A DNA stretch of 60,806 bases from a virus (taxonomy: Duplodnaviria; Caudoviricetes). The stretch covers positions 1 to 60,806 of IMG/VR virus record IMGVR_UViG_3300042894_001153. One strand, given 5' to 3'. Under the pieces are notes generated by a model. The model made no database searches and was not told the DNA's origin. It worked only from the letters and a program-made list of their open reading frames with translations. Numbering within the stretch: position 1 is the stretch's first letter; each line of letters opens with the position of its first letter. Positions 1-8,809 of the stretch are shown here, one piece after another. Both the position numbers and the translations under genes were made by a program.

Positions 1-557
1 GACAAACAAGCATTAGGGTCAATAACGGGGATGCCTGGCAATCCTGTTGTGTAATCCCTCCACCCCATTGTCCCACCTGACCCAACAGGTATCCAAGCCA
101 AAGGTTGAGCAATGGTTATACCAAAGTTGCCTGCAGTTCCCGTTGTCGCAGTTAATTGTATTTGCTCAATAGCTTGTATTCCCGAATCTCCTGCTGCTAA
201 AGGTATTCTTTGCATTCTTGTAACCTCACGGAAACCCGTTGCACCTATATTAATAGTTGATGTTCTACTTCCTGTACCTGCTTGGTTTGTATAGGTCATT
301 GTAAGGGTTGTAGATGCTGTTCCTATTATTGTATAAATCTCATAGAATGCAATATTCCCTGCGCCCCCTGTATTACGAGTAAGAGCAGGAGTTGGTGTTG
401 AGCCTTGAATAGTTTGAGCTGCGGTTGAAATTCCCGAAAGTCCGCCTATATGAAATAATCTATCGTATAATAAAAACACCCCTGAAGCATTCGGAGTAAT
501 AGATGCCCCAATTAAATGTTTATCTCTGCCACCACCTGCGGCAGTAAATGGGATTGC
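1..557. repeat. Terminal overlap with 60250-60806 (circular genome; two diverged alleles)
   Basis: 1-107 and 431-557 are identical to the end copy; 108-430 differs mostly at codon third positions. Confidence 0.95.
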
Positions 558-779
558 CCCAATTGTTGTTTTATCTGGGATTACACCAATTGTCGGAACA
601 ATACCGCTTGCAGGCATACCATCATAAGTCCATAAAGAACATCCTCTACCTGATATTATAGCAGTTGCCGCAACACCTGCGACACGAGGGACTTTGTGAA
701 AAAAGATATTTTCAGGTGTACCACTATTGCCGCCTGATTGACGGTTAATTAAATCGGATAAGTCTGTTATTGCTGCCAT
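1..779 (-). CDS. Tail-associated protein, 5' part (continues across the junction to 60180; about 282 aa)
   Basis: ATG at 779 (MAAITDLSDLINRQSGG...), open through position 1 and in frame with the 60180 ORF; paralogous to 59377-60180. Confidence 0.8.
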   Translation of the reverse strand, partial: MAAITDLSDLINRQSGGNSGTPENIFFHKVPRVAGVAATAIISGRGCSLWTYDGMPASGIVPTIGVIPDKTTIGAIPFTAAGGGRDKHLIGASITPNASGVFLLYDRLFHIGGLSGISTAAQTIQGSTPTPALTRNTGGAGNIAFYEIYTIIGTASTTLTMTYTNQAGTGSRTSTINIGATGFREVTRMQRIPLAAGDSGIQAIEQIQLTATTGTAGNFGITIAQPLAWIPVGSGGTMGWRDYTTGLPGIPVIDPNACL

Positions 780-973
780 ATTATTTCATTTTGAATTGCG
801 TGTTCTTTTGCCTCTATAATTAGGGTCGCTAAATTATCAAGGTTAGTACCTGATTGAAATATTAACTGACCTGTTTGTGGAAGGATTTCAAAACTTTCAT
901 TACTAATTTGTAATGCCCAATCTCCCCCATCTGATAGGTATAAGATTGATTCTGTTTTAATAATTGTTTTCAT
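767..973 (-). CDS. Hypothetical protein (tail module)
   Basis: 68-aa ORF packed between tail genes. Confidence 0.6.
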   Translation of the reverse strand: MKTIIKTESILYLSDGGDWALQISNESFEILPQTGQLIFQSGTNLDNLATLIIEAKEHAIQNEIIWQQ

Positions 974-988
974 TTTTTTCTTAATATA

Positions 989-3900
989 TTATACATACTG
1001 TAAATAAATATCTCCGTCACTTCCGCCTGCAGGTGCTGCTGTTCCGCTTGTAATTGCTTTTTGTTTGTCATTAAATGTAGTCCAATCTGATGAATTTAAT
1101 GCTCCTCTATTAGCTGCTGATGCAGTTGGTACATTTAAAGTTATTACAGGCGTTGTGGTACTATTTGCAACCGTAGAACTTAAATCTGTACCCGTTGTAG
1201 CTAAAGTTAAAGCTGCAACCGAAGTAACCGTTCCACTACCACCACCACCACCTACTGCTACCCAAGCTGTGCCATTATACTGATAGAAAGATAAAAGGTC
1301 TGTATCATATACAATTAATCCTGTAGCAGGTGTAGCAATAGCATTTCTTTGAGTGGTAGTCATTCTTGGCAATAAAGCACCTTTAGTAGTGCTTACTACT
1401 TCAAGCATTGACGATGCATTTGGTGCTGTTGTTTGACCTATTGCCATTTGACCATTTGTCGCTAAATTTCCAGCATCATCAAAAGTGATTGATTTAGTAT
1501 TATCGCTATTTTCTACTTTAAAAGAATTAGTTGCTGATGTTGCACCACTACCCTTAATGTGAACGGTTGCAGTTGGTAGCGTTGCTCCAAGACCAAAACC
1601 ACTTAATGTAGTTGGTCTGATTAATAATCCATAATGAGTACCTGTTATTGATGTTAGTGTAGGTGTATATTCAATACCTACTACTCTACCTGTAGCTGTA
1701 CCTGTTTGTTGAATATCAGTATTAATCTGAATATGTGTTAACGTAGCAGTACCACTTGATGGGTTAAATGAATGTTGTGCGTTACTTTGATGATTGTTTA
1801 TAATCGAAAACAATCTATAATTACCACTTGTAGCATTAAGACTTTGAGTCCCCGCCCCGTTGATTATCTGAACTCCATCAAATCTTGTAGCATTTAAGTT
1901 CGAACTTATTTGAAGACCCCTTGTGATATATCTATCTGAAGCTAAACTTGCCCCCGCTATAAGTTCATAGAATGTGTCTCGCATTGACCATTTTGTAGCT
2001 CCCGCAGCCGCAAACGCAAAAGTTCCATCACCATAATGATTAAAACTTGCCGTACCGTCTGAATTTTCGGCCCTAAAATTTGTTGTTGCGGCAGTGTTTC
2101 CACTACCCTTAATGTGAACGGATGCAGTTGGTAATGTAGCACCAAGTCCAAAACCATTTAGTGTAGTTGGCTTAATTAATATTCCATAATGTGCGCCTAA
2201 AATAGATGTTAATGTAGGATTATATGTATAGCCTATTACATTAACAGTTCCACCTGTTTGGTTAATGGTAGGTCTTGATTCAAAAATATTAACAAAACTA
2301 TTACTTGAACCTGCAGTTATGCTAATATTATTATTTATTTTTAATATTGTGCTTTCCACTGGACTACCACCCGCAGAATGTACTATAACACCTAAATTAT
2401 TAAAAGCATAATAAGATGCTGCACTACCTATAGCCCCATTTAAACCAACTGTGGAAGCATTTAAAAAACTAATAGGTGTGGTTGTAGTATTAACACCTTG
2501 CAATACTACATTAGACGTTGATTTTAAAAAGAAATTTCCTGTTTTAGAAATTCCCTCTTCTCCACTAATACTGCCAAAAGTCATCCAAGAAGAACCACCT
2601 CTTTGCAATAATATTAAATCATAATTACTACCTCCACTTAATTGATTTGATGTTATAATACCACTGTCCCCAATTTTAAAGGATGCCGTATTTGTACTAT
2701 TTTCTGTAATAAATGAACTTGTTGCTGATGTAGCGCCTGAGCCTTTAGAATGCAGTGTTGCAGTCGGTACATTTATGCCTACACCTAATCTATTATTGGT
2801 ATCATCCCAAAATAAATTAGCTGCATCAGAACTAAATACACTTCCATTGCTAAATTGTACTGCACCTGCTACCCCACTTGGAGAAGCTGATATAGTAATA
2901 TCCCCACTACCTAAAAGCGTAGTTCCATTGATTGTTTTAATATTAGTGCCACTCACAAGAGTAGGCTGTATCCCTGCTCCTGATAAACTTACACTTGTCC
3001 ATAAGGTCGTAGCAGAATCATATTGAAGGATATCATTATCAACTGCACTATTTACAGATACATTATGCAACTCACCCAACTCATATCCATTATCTACCTT
3101 TACATATATCTGACCCTGCGTTGCGTGCGCCCTAATAACATATCCAATAATCACGGTATGAACAGGAGCAGTAGGCTTTATGTTTGTTATCCTTCCTGAT
3201 ACCGTTCCACTTAGGTATAACACATCTCCATCTGCCCAAGTTTCACCTTGAAGAGAACCCGTTGTATTTACATCTCTAATTAATCCATTTGATGTAATAA
3301 ATCCCTCTTGATTATTAAGAATTGTTTCTGTAACAAGTCCTAACGTCTCTGCGCTATTGGCATCACTATCAGCTAATGCTAAAGCAACTCTTATTCTATT
3401 TCCCTGCGCACCATTAATTCTTACTGCTTGATAATTGGCCTGTAAAAAATCTCCTCCACTCTTATTGACCACTCTTGTTACCTGCTCTTGTCCAACCTGA
3501 AGCGTGACATTGCCACCCTTTAGCACAAGGTCAACAGTTCCATCTGTATCATTCCATCTCATAACACCAACACCATTAGTGCCTGTAGGTGTTTGGTCAA
3601 ATTCAACCTGACCTGCCTTCAATTCAAATTCTCCTAAGTCAACGTTTGCTGTTGCACCTGTGTATGGAACTTTTGTATTTAATGCATTTTGTAAGTCAGT
3701 CTGTGTCGATAGAGTACCTGTTATACTTCCCCACGCTGCTGAGCCACTTATAGTAATATCTCCACTACCTAATAAAGTAACTCCATTAATTGTTTTAATA
3801 TTTGTACCTGATACTAATATAGGCTGAACAGCTAAATCTCCACTACCTAATATAGTAGTTGAGTTAATTGTTTTAATATTTGTACCTGATACAAGAGTTA

Positions 3901-4495
3901 CTTGCTTTGCGTTTAATGCGTTTTGTAAATCCGTTTGAGCAGATAGCGTTCCTGTAATTCCTCCCCAAGCTGCACCACTTGCTGAACCGTAGTCCAATAA
4001 TGCAATTAAGTAGTCCTCGTTAACCTCTAAGCTACCCGCAGAATCAATATGGGTTAGCCCAATGTGATAGAAGTTTGCATCAATCAAATCAACCGTAGAT
4101 GAGTCCCATCTAAAGATAGCCCAATTCGATGGATTCTCTGCGTGAGTAATTAAAATTGTTGAACCAACTAAAGGTGCGTCGTAGTATGTACGTACATCTT
4201 TAACTGTCTTTGAGAATGCACTTATAATCCACTCAGTTATCCCTGAGAATGGAACGCTATCCCCTATGGGAGTCGCAAATGATATAGTTGTTGCAAGTCT
4301 TACGGCATCGTTGTCAGCGTTCTGATATGTGTACCTAAGACTTTGAGCGTCTACTCCACCTGATTTATTGAGATATTCAAATACCTTATCAACGCTGAAG
4401 TTTTTTGTAGCGTTGGCATTATTTATAGAAGTTCCAATCCATTTATCGTTTCCTTGGATATCCGTATCTAATGGATATTGACTTATTCTTCCCAT
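989..4495 (-). CDS. Tail fibre / receptor-binding protein
   Basis: 1168 aa, G/S/T rich; repeats LVSGTNIKTIN..T.LGSGD, WG.ITGTLS.QTDLQNALN and G.G...PTA..H.KGSG; motif LEVVSTTKGALLPRMTTTQRNAI; C-terminal GTAAPAGGSDGDIYLQY. Confidence 0.85.
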   Translation of the reverse strand: MGRISQYPLDTDIQGNDKWIGTSINNANATKNFSVDKVFEYLNKSGGVDAQSLRYTYQNADNDAVRLATTISFATPIGDSVPFSGITEWIISAFSKTVKDVRTYYDAPLVGSTILITHAENPSNWAIFRWDSSTVDLIDANFYHIGLTHIDSAGSLEVNEDYLIALLDYGSASGAAWGGITGTLSAQTDLQNALNAKQVTLVSGTNIKTINSTTILGSGDLAVQPILVSGTNIKTINGVTLLGSGDITISGSAAWGSITGTLSTQTDLQNALNTKVPYTGATANVDLGEFELKAGQVEFDQTPTGTNGVGVMRWNDTDGTVDLVLKGGNVTLQVGQEQVTRVVNKSGGDFLQANYQAVRINGAQGNRIRVALALADSDANSAETLGLVTETILNNQEGFITSNGLIRDVNTTGSLQGETWADGDVLYLSGTVSGRITNIKPTAPVHTVIIGYVIRAHATQGQIYVKVDNGYELGELHNVSVNSAVDNDILQYDSATTLWTSVSLSGAGIQPTLVSGTNIKTINGTTLLGSGDITISASPSGVAGAVQFSNGSVFSSDAANLFWDDTNNRLGVGINVPTATLHSKGSGATSATSSFITENSTNTASFKIGDSGIITSNQLSGGSNYDLILLQRGGSSWMTFGSISGEEGISKTGNFFLKSTSNVVLQGVNTTTTPISFLNASTVGLNGAIGSAASYYAFNNLGVIVHSAGGSPVESTILKINNNISITAGSSNSFVNIFESRPTINQTGGTVNVIGYTYNPTLTSILGAHYGILIKPTTLNGFGLGATLPTASVHIKGSGNTAATTNFRAENSDGTASFNHYGDGTFAFAAAGATKWSMRDTFYELIAGASLASDRYITRGLQISSNLNATRFDGVQIINGAGTQSLNATSGNYRLFSIINNHQSNAQHSFNPSSGTATLTHIQINTDIQQTGTATGRVVGIEYTPTLTSITGTHYGLLIRPTTLSGFGLGATLPTATVHIKGSGATSATNSFKVENSDNTKSITFDDAGNLATNGQMAIGQTTAPNASSMLEVVSTTKGALLPRMTTTQRNAIATPATGLIVYDTDLLSFYQYNGTAWVAVGGGGGSGTVTSVAALTLATTGTDLSSTVANSTTTPVITLNVPTASAANRGALNSSDWTTFNDKQKAITSGTAAPAGGSDGDIYLQYV

Positions 4496-4522
4496 AATGC
4501 AAAGATAAGAAAATAATAGATA

Positions 4523-4807
4523 TTAGATATTGCGCAATATAACAGAACCACTTGCTAAAGTAATTGATGTTAGAGATGAACCATCAACAACAGTTATTAC
4601 TGAGCCTGCAGATAGTGTTACACCTGCCAATCCAATATCAGTTAAAAAATTAACCACGTTGCCATTTTGGTCAAGTCCACTTAATGCAGACACAACGCAA
4701 GCTGCGTTTACAGAAAAACCTCTCCAATTACCTGTTGTAAGTACAGTATTAGCAACTACTTTGCATCCTGTGTACCCTGCTGTATAATTTTGTGCTGCGA
4801 TAGTCAT
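4523..4807 (-). CDS. Small beta-rich virion-type hypothetical protein
   Basis: 94-aa ORF with TATCTTTG upstream (4831-4838). Confidence 0.6.
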   Translation of the reverse strand: MTIAAQNYTAGYTGCKVVANTVLTTGNWRGFSVNAACVVSALSGLDQNGNVVNFLTDIGLAGVTLSAGSVITVVDGSSLTSITLASGSVILRNI

Positions 4808-4844
4808 ATCTTTAAAAATTTATTTAATTGCAAAGATAATAAAA

Positions 4845-5243
4845 TTATATGAATCTATTTCTTATGCCCTCTAAGTGCTTCTTGTACATTGCCTGTCTCT
4901 CTTCGCTTATAGCGTTCCACCTTAGATGGTTTCCATCGTGCCTATCAATGTAGTCAGACAAATACACACAGAAGTCATACACGTTATTCCACTTAATGAA
5001 CGTACGCATTTGCTTCTCTCCCTTCAAGTGATTATCCTTCATCTGAAAGGTGGTGTACGAGTTCTTTGGCAAGTTCTTCCAAGACCCCTCCTCCATACCT
5101 GCAGAACCACTCATCTTATACTGCAATGAACGAAAATGCCTTGTCTCTAACCTTAGCATCTTTTCGATTAGCTTTGCCCTCTCAACACCCTTTATCTGTG
5201 CGAGCTTTAGTATCGCTTCCTTTGCGTTAGCTTCTGTAAACAT
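4845..5243 (-). CDS. Putative endolysin (lysozyme-like fold)
   Basis: Likely start MFTEANAK; RLETRHF.S resembles the catalytic LET motif of glucosaminidase/lysozyme-like enzymes; lies next to holin-like and spanin-like genes. Confidence 0.5.
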   Translation of the reverse strand: MFTEANAKEAILKLAQIKGVERAKLIEKMLRLETRHFRSLQYKMSGSAGMEEGSWKNLPKNSYTTFQMKDNHLKGEKQMRTFIKWNNVYDFCVYLSDYIDRHDGNHLRWNAISEERQAMYKKHLEGIRNRFI

Positions 5244-5469
5244 CTTCCTCCTCCTTTTTATATGTGAAATCACAAACAGCCTGTATAGCTGCAAGTAATG
5301 TTAGATAAGATTGTAATGCAAAGTCCTGTGTTTCCTTATTTGGAAATAATTTTGCAAATAGCATTACCAAGAATGTGCTACCACCAATGTATACCATTAC
5401 CCTACGAGTAATTCTTATCCAATTTGGTGCTTTCTGTTTTCTCTTTCTAATCATAAAATTATTTTCCAT
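5227..5469 (-). CDS. Putative holin
   Basis: Two hydrophobic segments, basic N-terminus, charged C-terminus; overlaps the endolysin candidate. Confidence 0.5.
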   Translation of the reverse strand: MENNFMIRKRKQKAPNWIRITRRVMVYIGGSTFLVMLFAKLFPNKETQDFALQSYLTLLAAIQAVCDFTYKKEEEDVYRS

Positions 5470-5614
5470 ATGGCATCATTTTGTTTAATGCATTTTTTCT
5501 TGCAGTGCAGCCACAGTCTTTACCTGTTTTTTCGGCAACCTTGTCTACAATTCTTTTAATACCTGTGATTGTTGTAATTTTTTCAACTGTATCACCTAAG
5601 CCTTTTGATTTCAT
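5459..5614 (-). CDS. Conserved small phage protein (GLGDTVEKIT...DCGC family)
   Basis: Hand translation MKSKGLGDTVEKITTITGIKRIVDKVAEKTGKDCGCTARKNALNKMMPYGK; ATGA coupling. Confidence 0.75.
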   Translation of the reverse strand: MKSKGLGDTVEKITTITGIKRIVDKVAEKTGKDCGCTARKNALNKMMPYGK

Positions 5615-5769
5615 TTTGTGTTTTTCTTTCGTCCTTCGGCAGCCTTCTTGGCCATTCCTGCCTTGCCATACTTTTTAACGCCAATGCTATACGTGATAGC
5701 ATTGGCTGCTTCCTTACTCAGACCTTGTTTTTTCTGAATTTTAGTGCTTAAGGTTGCAAATTTTCCCAT
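5611..5769 (-). CDS. Small basic protein
   Basis: Hand translation MGKFATLSTKIQKKQGLSKEAANAITYSIGVKKYGKAGMAKKAAEGRKKNTK. Confidence 0.7.
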   Translation of the reverse strand: MGKFATLSTKIQKKQGLSKEAANAITYSIGVKKYGKAGMAKKAAEGRKKNTK

Positions 5770-5770
5770 C

Positions 5771-5887
5771 TTAGCACATTTTTTTGCTCATAGAGCTTGA
5801 CTTTGCTTTAGCTTTAGGCGCAGTTTTTTTGCTTGCGATTTTCATCGGCATAGTCTTTGGCGATTTTTTTGTCATTGTACTTTTCAT
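5771..5887 (-). CDS. Very small Lys/Met-rich basic protein
   Basis: MKSTMTKKSPKTMPMKIASKKTAPKAKAKSSSMSKKMC; TATATTTG 4 nt upstream of ATG. Confidence 0.6.
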   Translation of the reverse strand: MKSTMTKKSPKTMPMKIASKKTAPKAKAKSSSMSKKMC

Positions 5888-5900
5888 TTTGCAAATATAA

Positions 5901-6338
5901 TTATTTTTTGAAATATCGAATAAATATTAAAAACACAGATGCCATCACAATAGCAAACCAAGTGTACTTACCCGATTGCATCCAAAACTCTTGCATACGA
6001 GTTAGCTTATGTGGTACTAATTTAGGGCAATCACTTATAAATATGGTCTCAACTACGGTATCTTTCTTCAATACCTCCTGAAAAACAGTTCTCGTGTTCC
6101 ATTTTATAATGGTCTTAACCTTAATTCCACCACTATCTACTAAAAGTGTGTCAATTTCCCTCTTCTCACTGTACTGAACAAAGGTATCTATCCTAAAACC
6201 CTTTACGGTTACATACTTTACGATAGTATCCCTGCTGATACAGCCTAATTTGGTAGCTTTTGCGTAAGCTTTGTCGCATTGTTTTTGTGCATTGCATCCT
6301 GTTAAAAGAATAAATGCGATTATAATTAAATTTCTCAT
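5901..6338 (-). CDS. Lipoprotein with C-terminal TM helix, putative unimolecular spanin
   Basis: Likely start MRNLIIIAFILLTGC (lipobox); beta-rich middle; C-terminal WFAIVMASVFLIFIRYFKK. Confidence 0.6.
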   Translation of the reverse strand: MRNLIIIAFILLTGCNAQKQCDKAYAKATKLGCISRDTIVKYVTVKGFRIDTFVQYSEKREIDTLLVDSGGIKVKTIIKWNTRTVFQEVLKKDTVVETIFISDCPKLVPHKLTRMQEFWMQSGKYTWFAIVMASVFLIFIRYFKK

Positions 6339-6339
6339 A

Positions 6340-6630
6340 TTAGTATTTACCCTGTCTGCTTTTTGGTGATGCAGTCTTCTCTTTCCCTGGGCCACCCCAA
6401 AGGTTCTTACAAGCCCAATGCCTTGCCGATAACTTATCGTTAGCCTCAGAGCATTTGTGCCTTGCCTTGAATGATTTTCTTGCTGCAGCCGAGTAGTTAT
6501 TCCCGTACCCCTCAGCACCAAAGTGGATTAGCTTCTCCTGTCCGTTAGAGCAAGCCTTAACCATCTTTTTTTTGCCCTCCCTATCACTCTTGACAGGGAC
6601 GTTGCACTTCATTTTACTTTTGTCTGCCAT
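6340..6630 (-). CDS. Conserved phage protein (ARKSFKARHKC...SARHWAC family)
   Basis: Recognisable motif widespread in aquatic phages. Confidence 0.75.
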   Translation of the reverse strand: MADKSKMKCNVPVKSDREGKKKMVKACSNGQEKLIHFGAEGYGNNYSAAARKSFKARHKCSEANDKLSARHWACKNLWGGPGKEKTASPKSRQGKY

Positions 6631-6857
6631 TATTTTTTACTATATCTTGGTAGCTTTGTTTTATTCCCAAGCGTTGATAATCCACTTACGCTAACGGGTG
6701 TCTGTATTTGTCTTCCACCCGTTAACTCAGTCCACTTCATTACGTCCCTGTTCTTAAAGTTTATTGCATCGAAGTTAGGCACTGTACCCTTTAGTGCATC
6801 ACCTGATTGGTACTGCTCGTTCTCTTTTTTTTCAATTGGCTTTTTTTCTTTAGGCAT
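6630..6857 (-). CDS. Hypothetical protein
   Basis: 75-aa ORF, stop overlaps the next start. Confidence 0.55.
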   Translation of the reverse strand: MPKEKKPIEKKENEQYQSGDALKGTVPNFDAINFKNRDVMKWTELTGGRQIQTPVSVSGLSTLGNKTKLPRYSKK

Positions 6858-6913
6858 AATAATGGTATTTTTGTATCTACAATTTAATAGACTACAAATT
6901 TAATCTTTTTTTT

Positions 6914-7372
6914 ATGACAAAATCAAAATACGTTTTTAAGCCATCAACAGACTACCTGAAATATTGGAGAGTGGTTAGGTACTACATCAGGGCAAAGTAT
7001 AAAATCAGCACAGCCGACTTAGATATCCTCCTGTTTTTATACTCAGAGGAATACTTTAGTAAGGATAAGTTTGATGAGTTCGACGAGATTATGTCTTGGG
7101 ACGTGAATAGATTTGATAGACTCCTTAGAGATAGTTGGATTGTTGTGTTCCGTAAAAGAGCCAAAGAAAAAGCGATGTACGAGATATCCTACAAATCTCG
7201 AAGAGTTATAGGATGGATGTATAAGTATCTTTCAGGTGAACCAATTTCCGAGAACAGAACAGTGAATCCACTATTCAAAAAGAATATATCGTATCAGGAT
7301 AAGGTCTATCGCAATATGATTATAGAGATGAATAAGTTTATAAGACAACAACGACATCTCTCTCGACAATAA
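6914..7372 (+). CDS. Putative winged-helix (MarR-like) DNA-binding protein
   Basis: ISTADLDILLFLY helix followed by a wing-like RLLRDSWIVVFRK...YEISYKSRR; the only plus-strand gene in this arm. Confidence 0.55.
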   Translation: MTKSKYVFKPSTDYLKYWRVVRYYIRAKYKISTADLDILLFLYSEEYFSKDKFDEFDEIMSWDVNRFDRLLRDSWIVVFRKRAKEKAMYEISYKSRRVIGWMYKYLSGEPISENRTVNPLFKKNISYQDKVYRNMIIEMNKFIRQQRHLSRQ

Positions 7373-7604
7373 TGGTATAGGTATCACCATTAATTACCAT
7401 AGTGTAGCCTGCTCTACTGTCGTAGTATATCTCATCGCCTTGGTTTATACCAACCACATCAGTGCCTGCCTTTACAATCTTACCTTTCTTGTACCTTAAC
7501 TGATTGGCATCCTCTGCCGATAGCAATAACCCTGAAGAGTGCTTTATCTCCTCCTCAATTGTTTTTATTAATATGTATTTGCCGATGGGTTGAAATTTAC
7601 TCAT
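7338..7604 (-). CDS. groES: Co-chaperonin GroES
   Basis: FQPIGKYILIK...SSGLLL...GKIVKAG...GDEIYY...YTIIVERDVVVVL. Confidence 0.9.
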   Translation of the reverse strand: MSKFQPIGKYILIKTIEEEIKHSSGLLLSAEDANQLRYKKGKIVKAGTDVVGINQGDEIYYDSRAGYTMVINGDTYTIIVERDVVVVL

Positions 7605-8275
7605 TTGTACTTAAATTTAATTTTTTTATTTAATGTTTTACTATTTACTTTATTAGTCTTTCCTTTTAAATTATTGGATATTGATGATTCCAAACAACCT
7701 AACTTATTAGAGGCCTCTCTTATAGAATAAAAACTTTCAATAAAATCACCTGTATAATAATCATAACATAGAACAGGAATAGCTGTTATTATTTTTGATT
7801 TATTAGATAGCCTCATTTTAGCTTTAACAGACTCAGGTGTTTTTTTTCCTATTCTTGATTTAGCTATGTTTTCTCTATGCTCTTTTGATTTTATTTTTCC
7901 CTTGTGAGCTAAAGATATTTTATTTTTCCATTCTTCAGTTCTTATCACAGCTTTTAAAGATTTAATTTTCTTTTTTAAAATATTACAAGAAAGTCCTTCA
8001 ACTGTAATCCCTCCTTTTGTTTGATTAATAAGTTGACCATTTTTTAAATCTATTCTTCCATATTTAGAGATAAGCTCTATTTCCAATTCAGAAGCTTGCT
8101 CCTTAGTAAGTCCATTTTTATATATTTCAACTATGCAACCATACTTATCTACTATTCTATTCCACCAAATAGACCTTTGCTTACAATACGCTCTTTTTAA
8201 GTCTCCCATCCCAATATAAAAAATAGAATTATCCGTTTCCTTTTTGTGAAGATATACAACTTTATTGTTTTCCAT
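7601..8275 (-). CDS. GIY-YIG-type homing endonuclease with NUMOD3/NUMOD1-like DNA-binding repeats
   Basis: VVYLH...FYIGMG...RAY; repeats EEWKNKISLAHKGK and EHRENIAKSRIGK; C-terminal FYSIREASNKLG. Confidence 0.8.
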   Translation of the reverse strand: MENNKVVYLHKKETDNSIFYIGMGDLKRAYCKQRSIWWNRIVDKYGCIVEIYKNGLTKEQASELEIELISKYGRIDLKNGQLINQTKGGITVEGLSCNILKKKIKSLKAVIRTEEWKNKISLAHKGKIKSKEHRENIAKSRIGKKTPESVKAKMRLSNKSKIITAIPVLCYDYYTGDFIESFYSIREASNKLGCLESSISNNLKGKTNKVNSKTLNKKIKFKYK

Positions 8276-8321
8276 TTAGCAAAGATAACATTTTTGTTTG
8301 TATTTTCCTATTGGTTTCATA

Positions 8322-8558
8322 TTACCTAATTATATTAATTTCACCTTCTGTCTCGATTACCACTCGCGCGCCACAACTTAATAATGGCTTTGCATCCACT
8401 CCATCACCACCGTATATTATCCTACTCGGCCCTAATATCTCAACCTCGTTGCAGTAAGTATTCTTCTTGCCCTCCTTTATTGTTATCACAGGTAGGTCAG
8501 TCCCCTTTGATTTGTTGGAACGAATGTGGTGCTGATTTACGTGGATTGATTTTTTCAT
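8322..8558 (-). CDS. Conserved hypothetical phage protein
   Basis: IHVNQHHIR...KPLLSCGARVVIET motif. Confidence 0.7.
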   Translation of the reverse strand: MKKSIHVNQHHIRSNKSKGTDLPVITIKEGKKNTYCNEVEILGPSRIIYGGDGVDAKPLLSCGARVVIETEGEINIIR

Positions 8559-8809
8559 AATTCATCGTCAACCCATATCGGGGTCTGTGGCCCAACGTAA
8601 GCATCAAAGATATTGAACTCAGCGTACTCGATAGCCTCGTACCTATTACCTGTCTCCTTTGTGAGTATCTTAATCACCTTCTTTCTTGAGTACACAATCC
8701 TAAAGGTGTCCTGCTCAATTCCTATTATAGCTAAATCCAATCCATCAGCGAATACTAATCCATCCTTAGCGTAATGCTCGTACGTATCGATTATGTTCTG
8801 CTTCTTCAT
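8555..8809 (-). CDS. Conserved hypothetical phage protein
   Basis: ADGLDLAIIG...YS...EAIEYAEFNI..AYVG..TPI motif. Confidence 0.75.
   Translation of the reverse strand: MKKQNIIDTYEHYAKDGLVFADGLDLAIIGIEQDTFRIVYSRKKVIKILTKETGNRYEAIEYAEFNIFDAYVGPQTPIWVDDEL

Noticed and set aside
108-430. Diversity-generating retroelement TR/VR pair (with 60357-60679)
   Set aside because: Differences are not adenine-specific, are mostly synonymous third positions, and no reverse transcriptase is present
6339-6521. N-terminal extension of the 5901-6521 ORF
   Set aside because: Overlaps the conserved 6340-6630 gene; the lipoprotein signal begins at 6338
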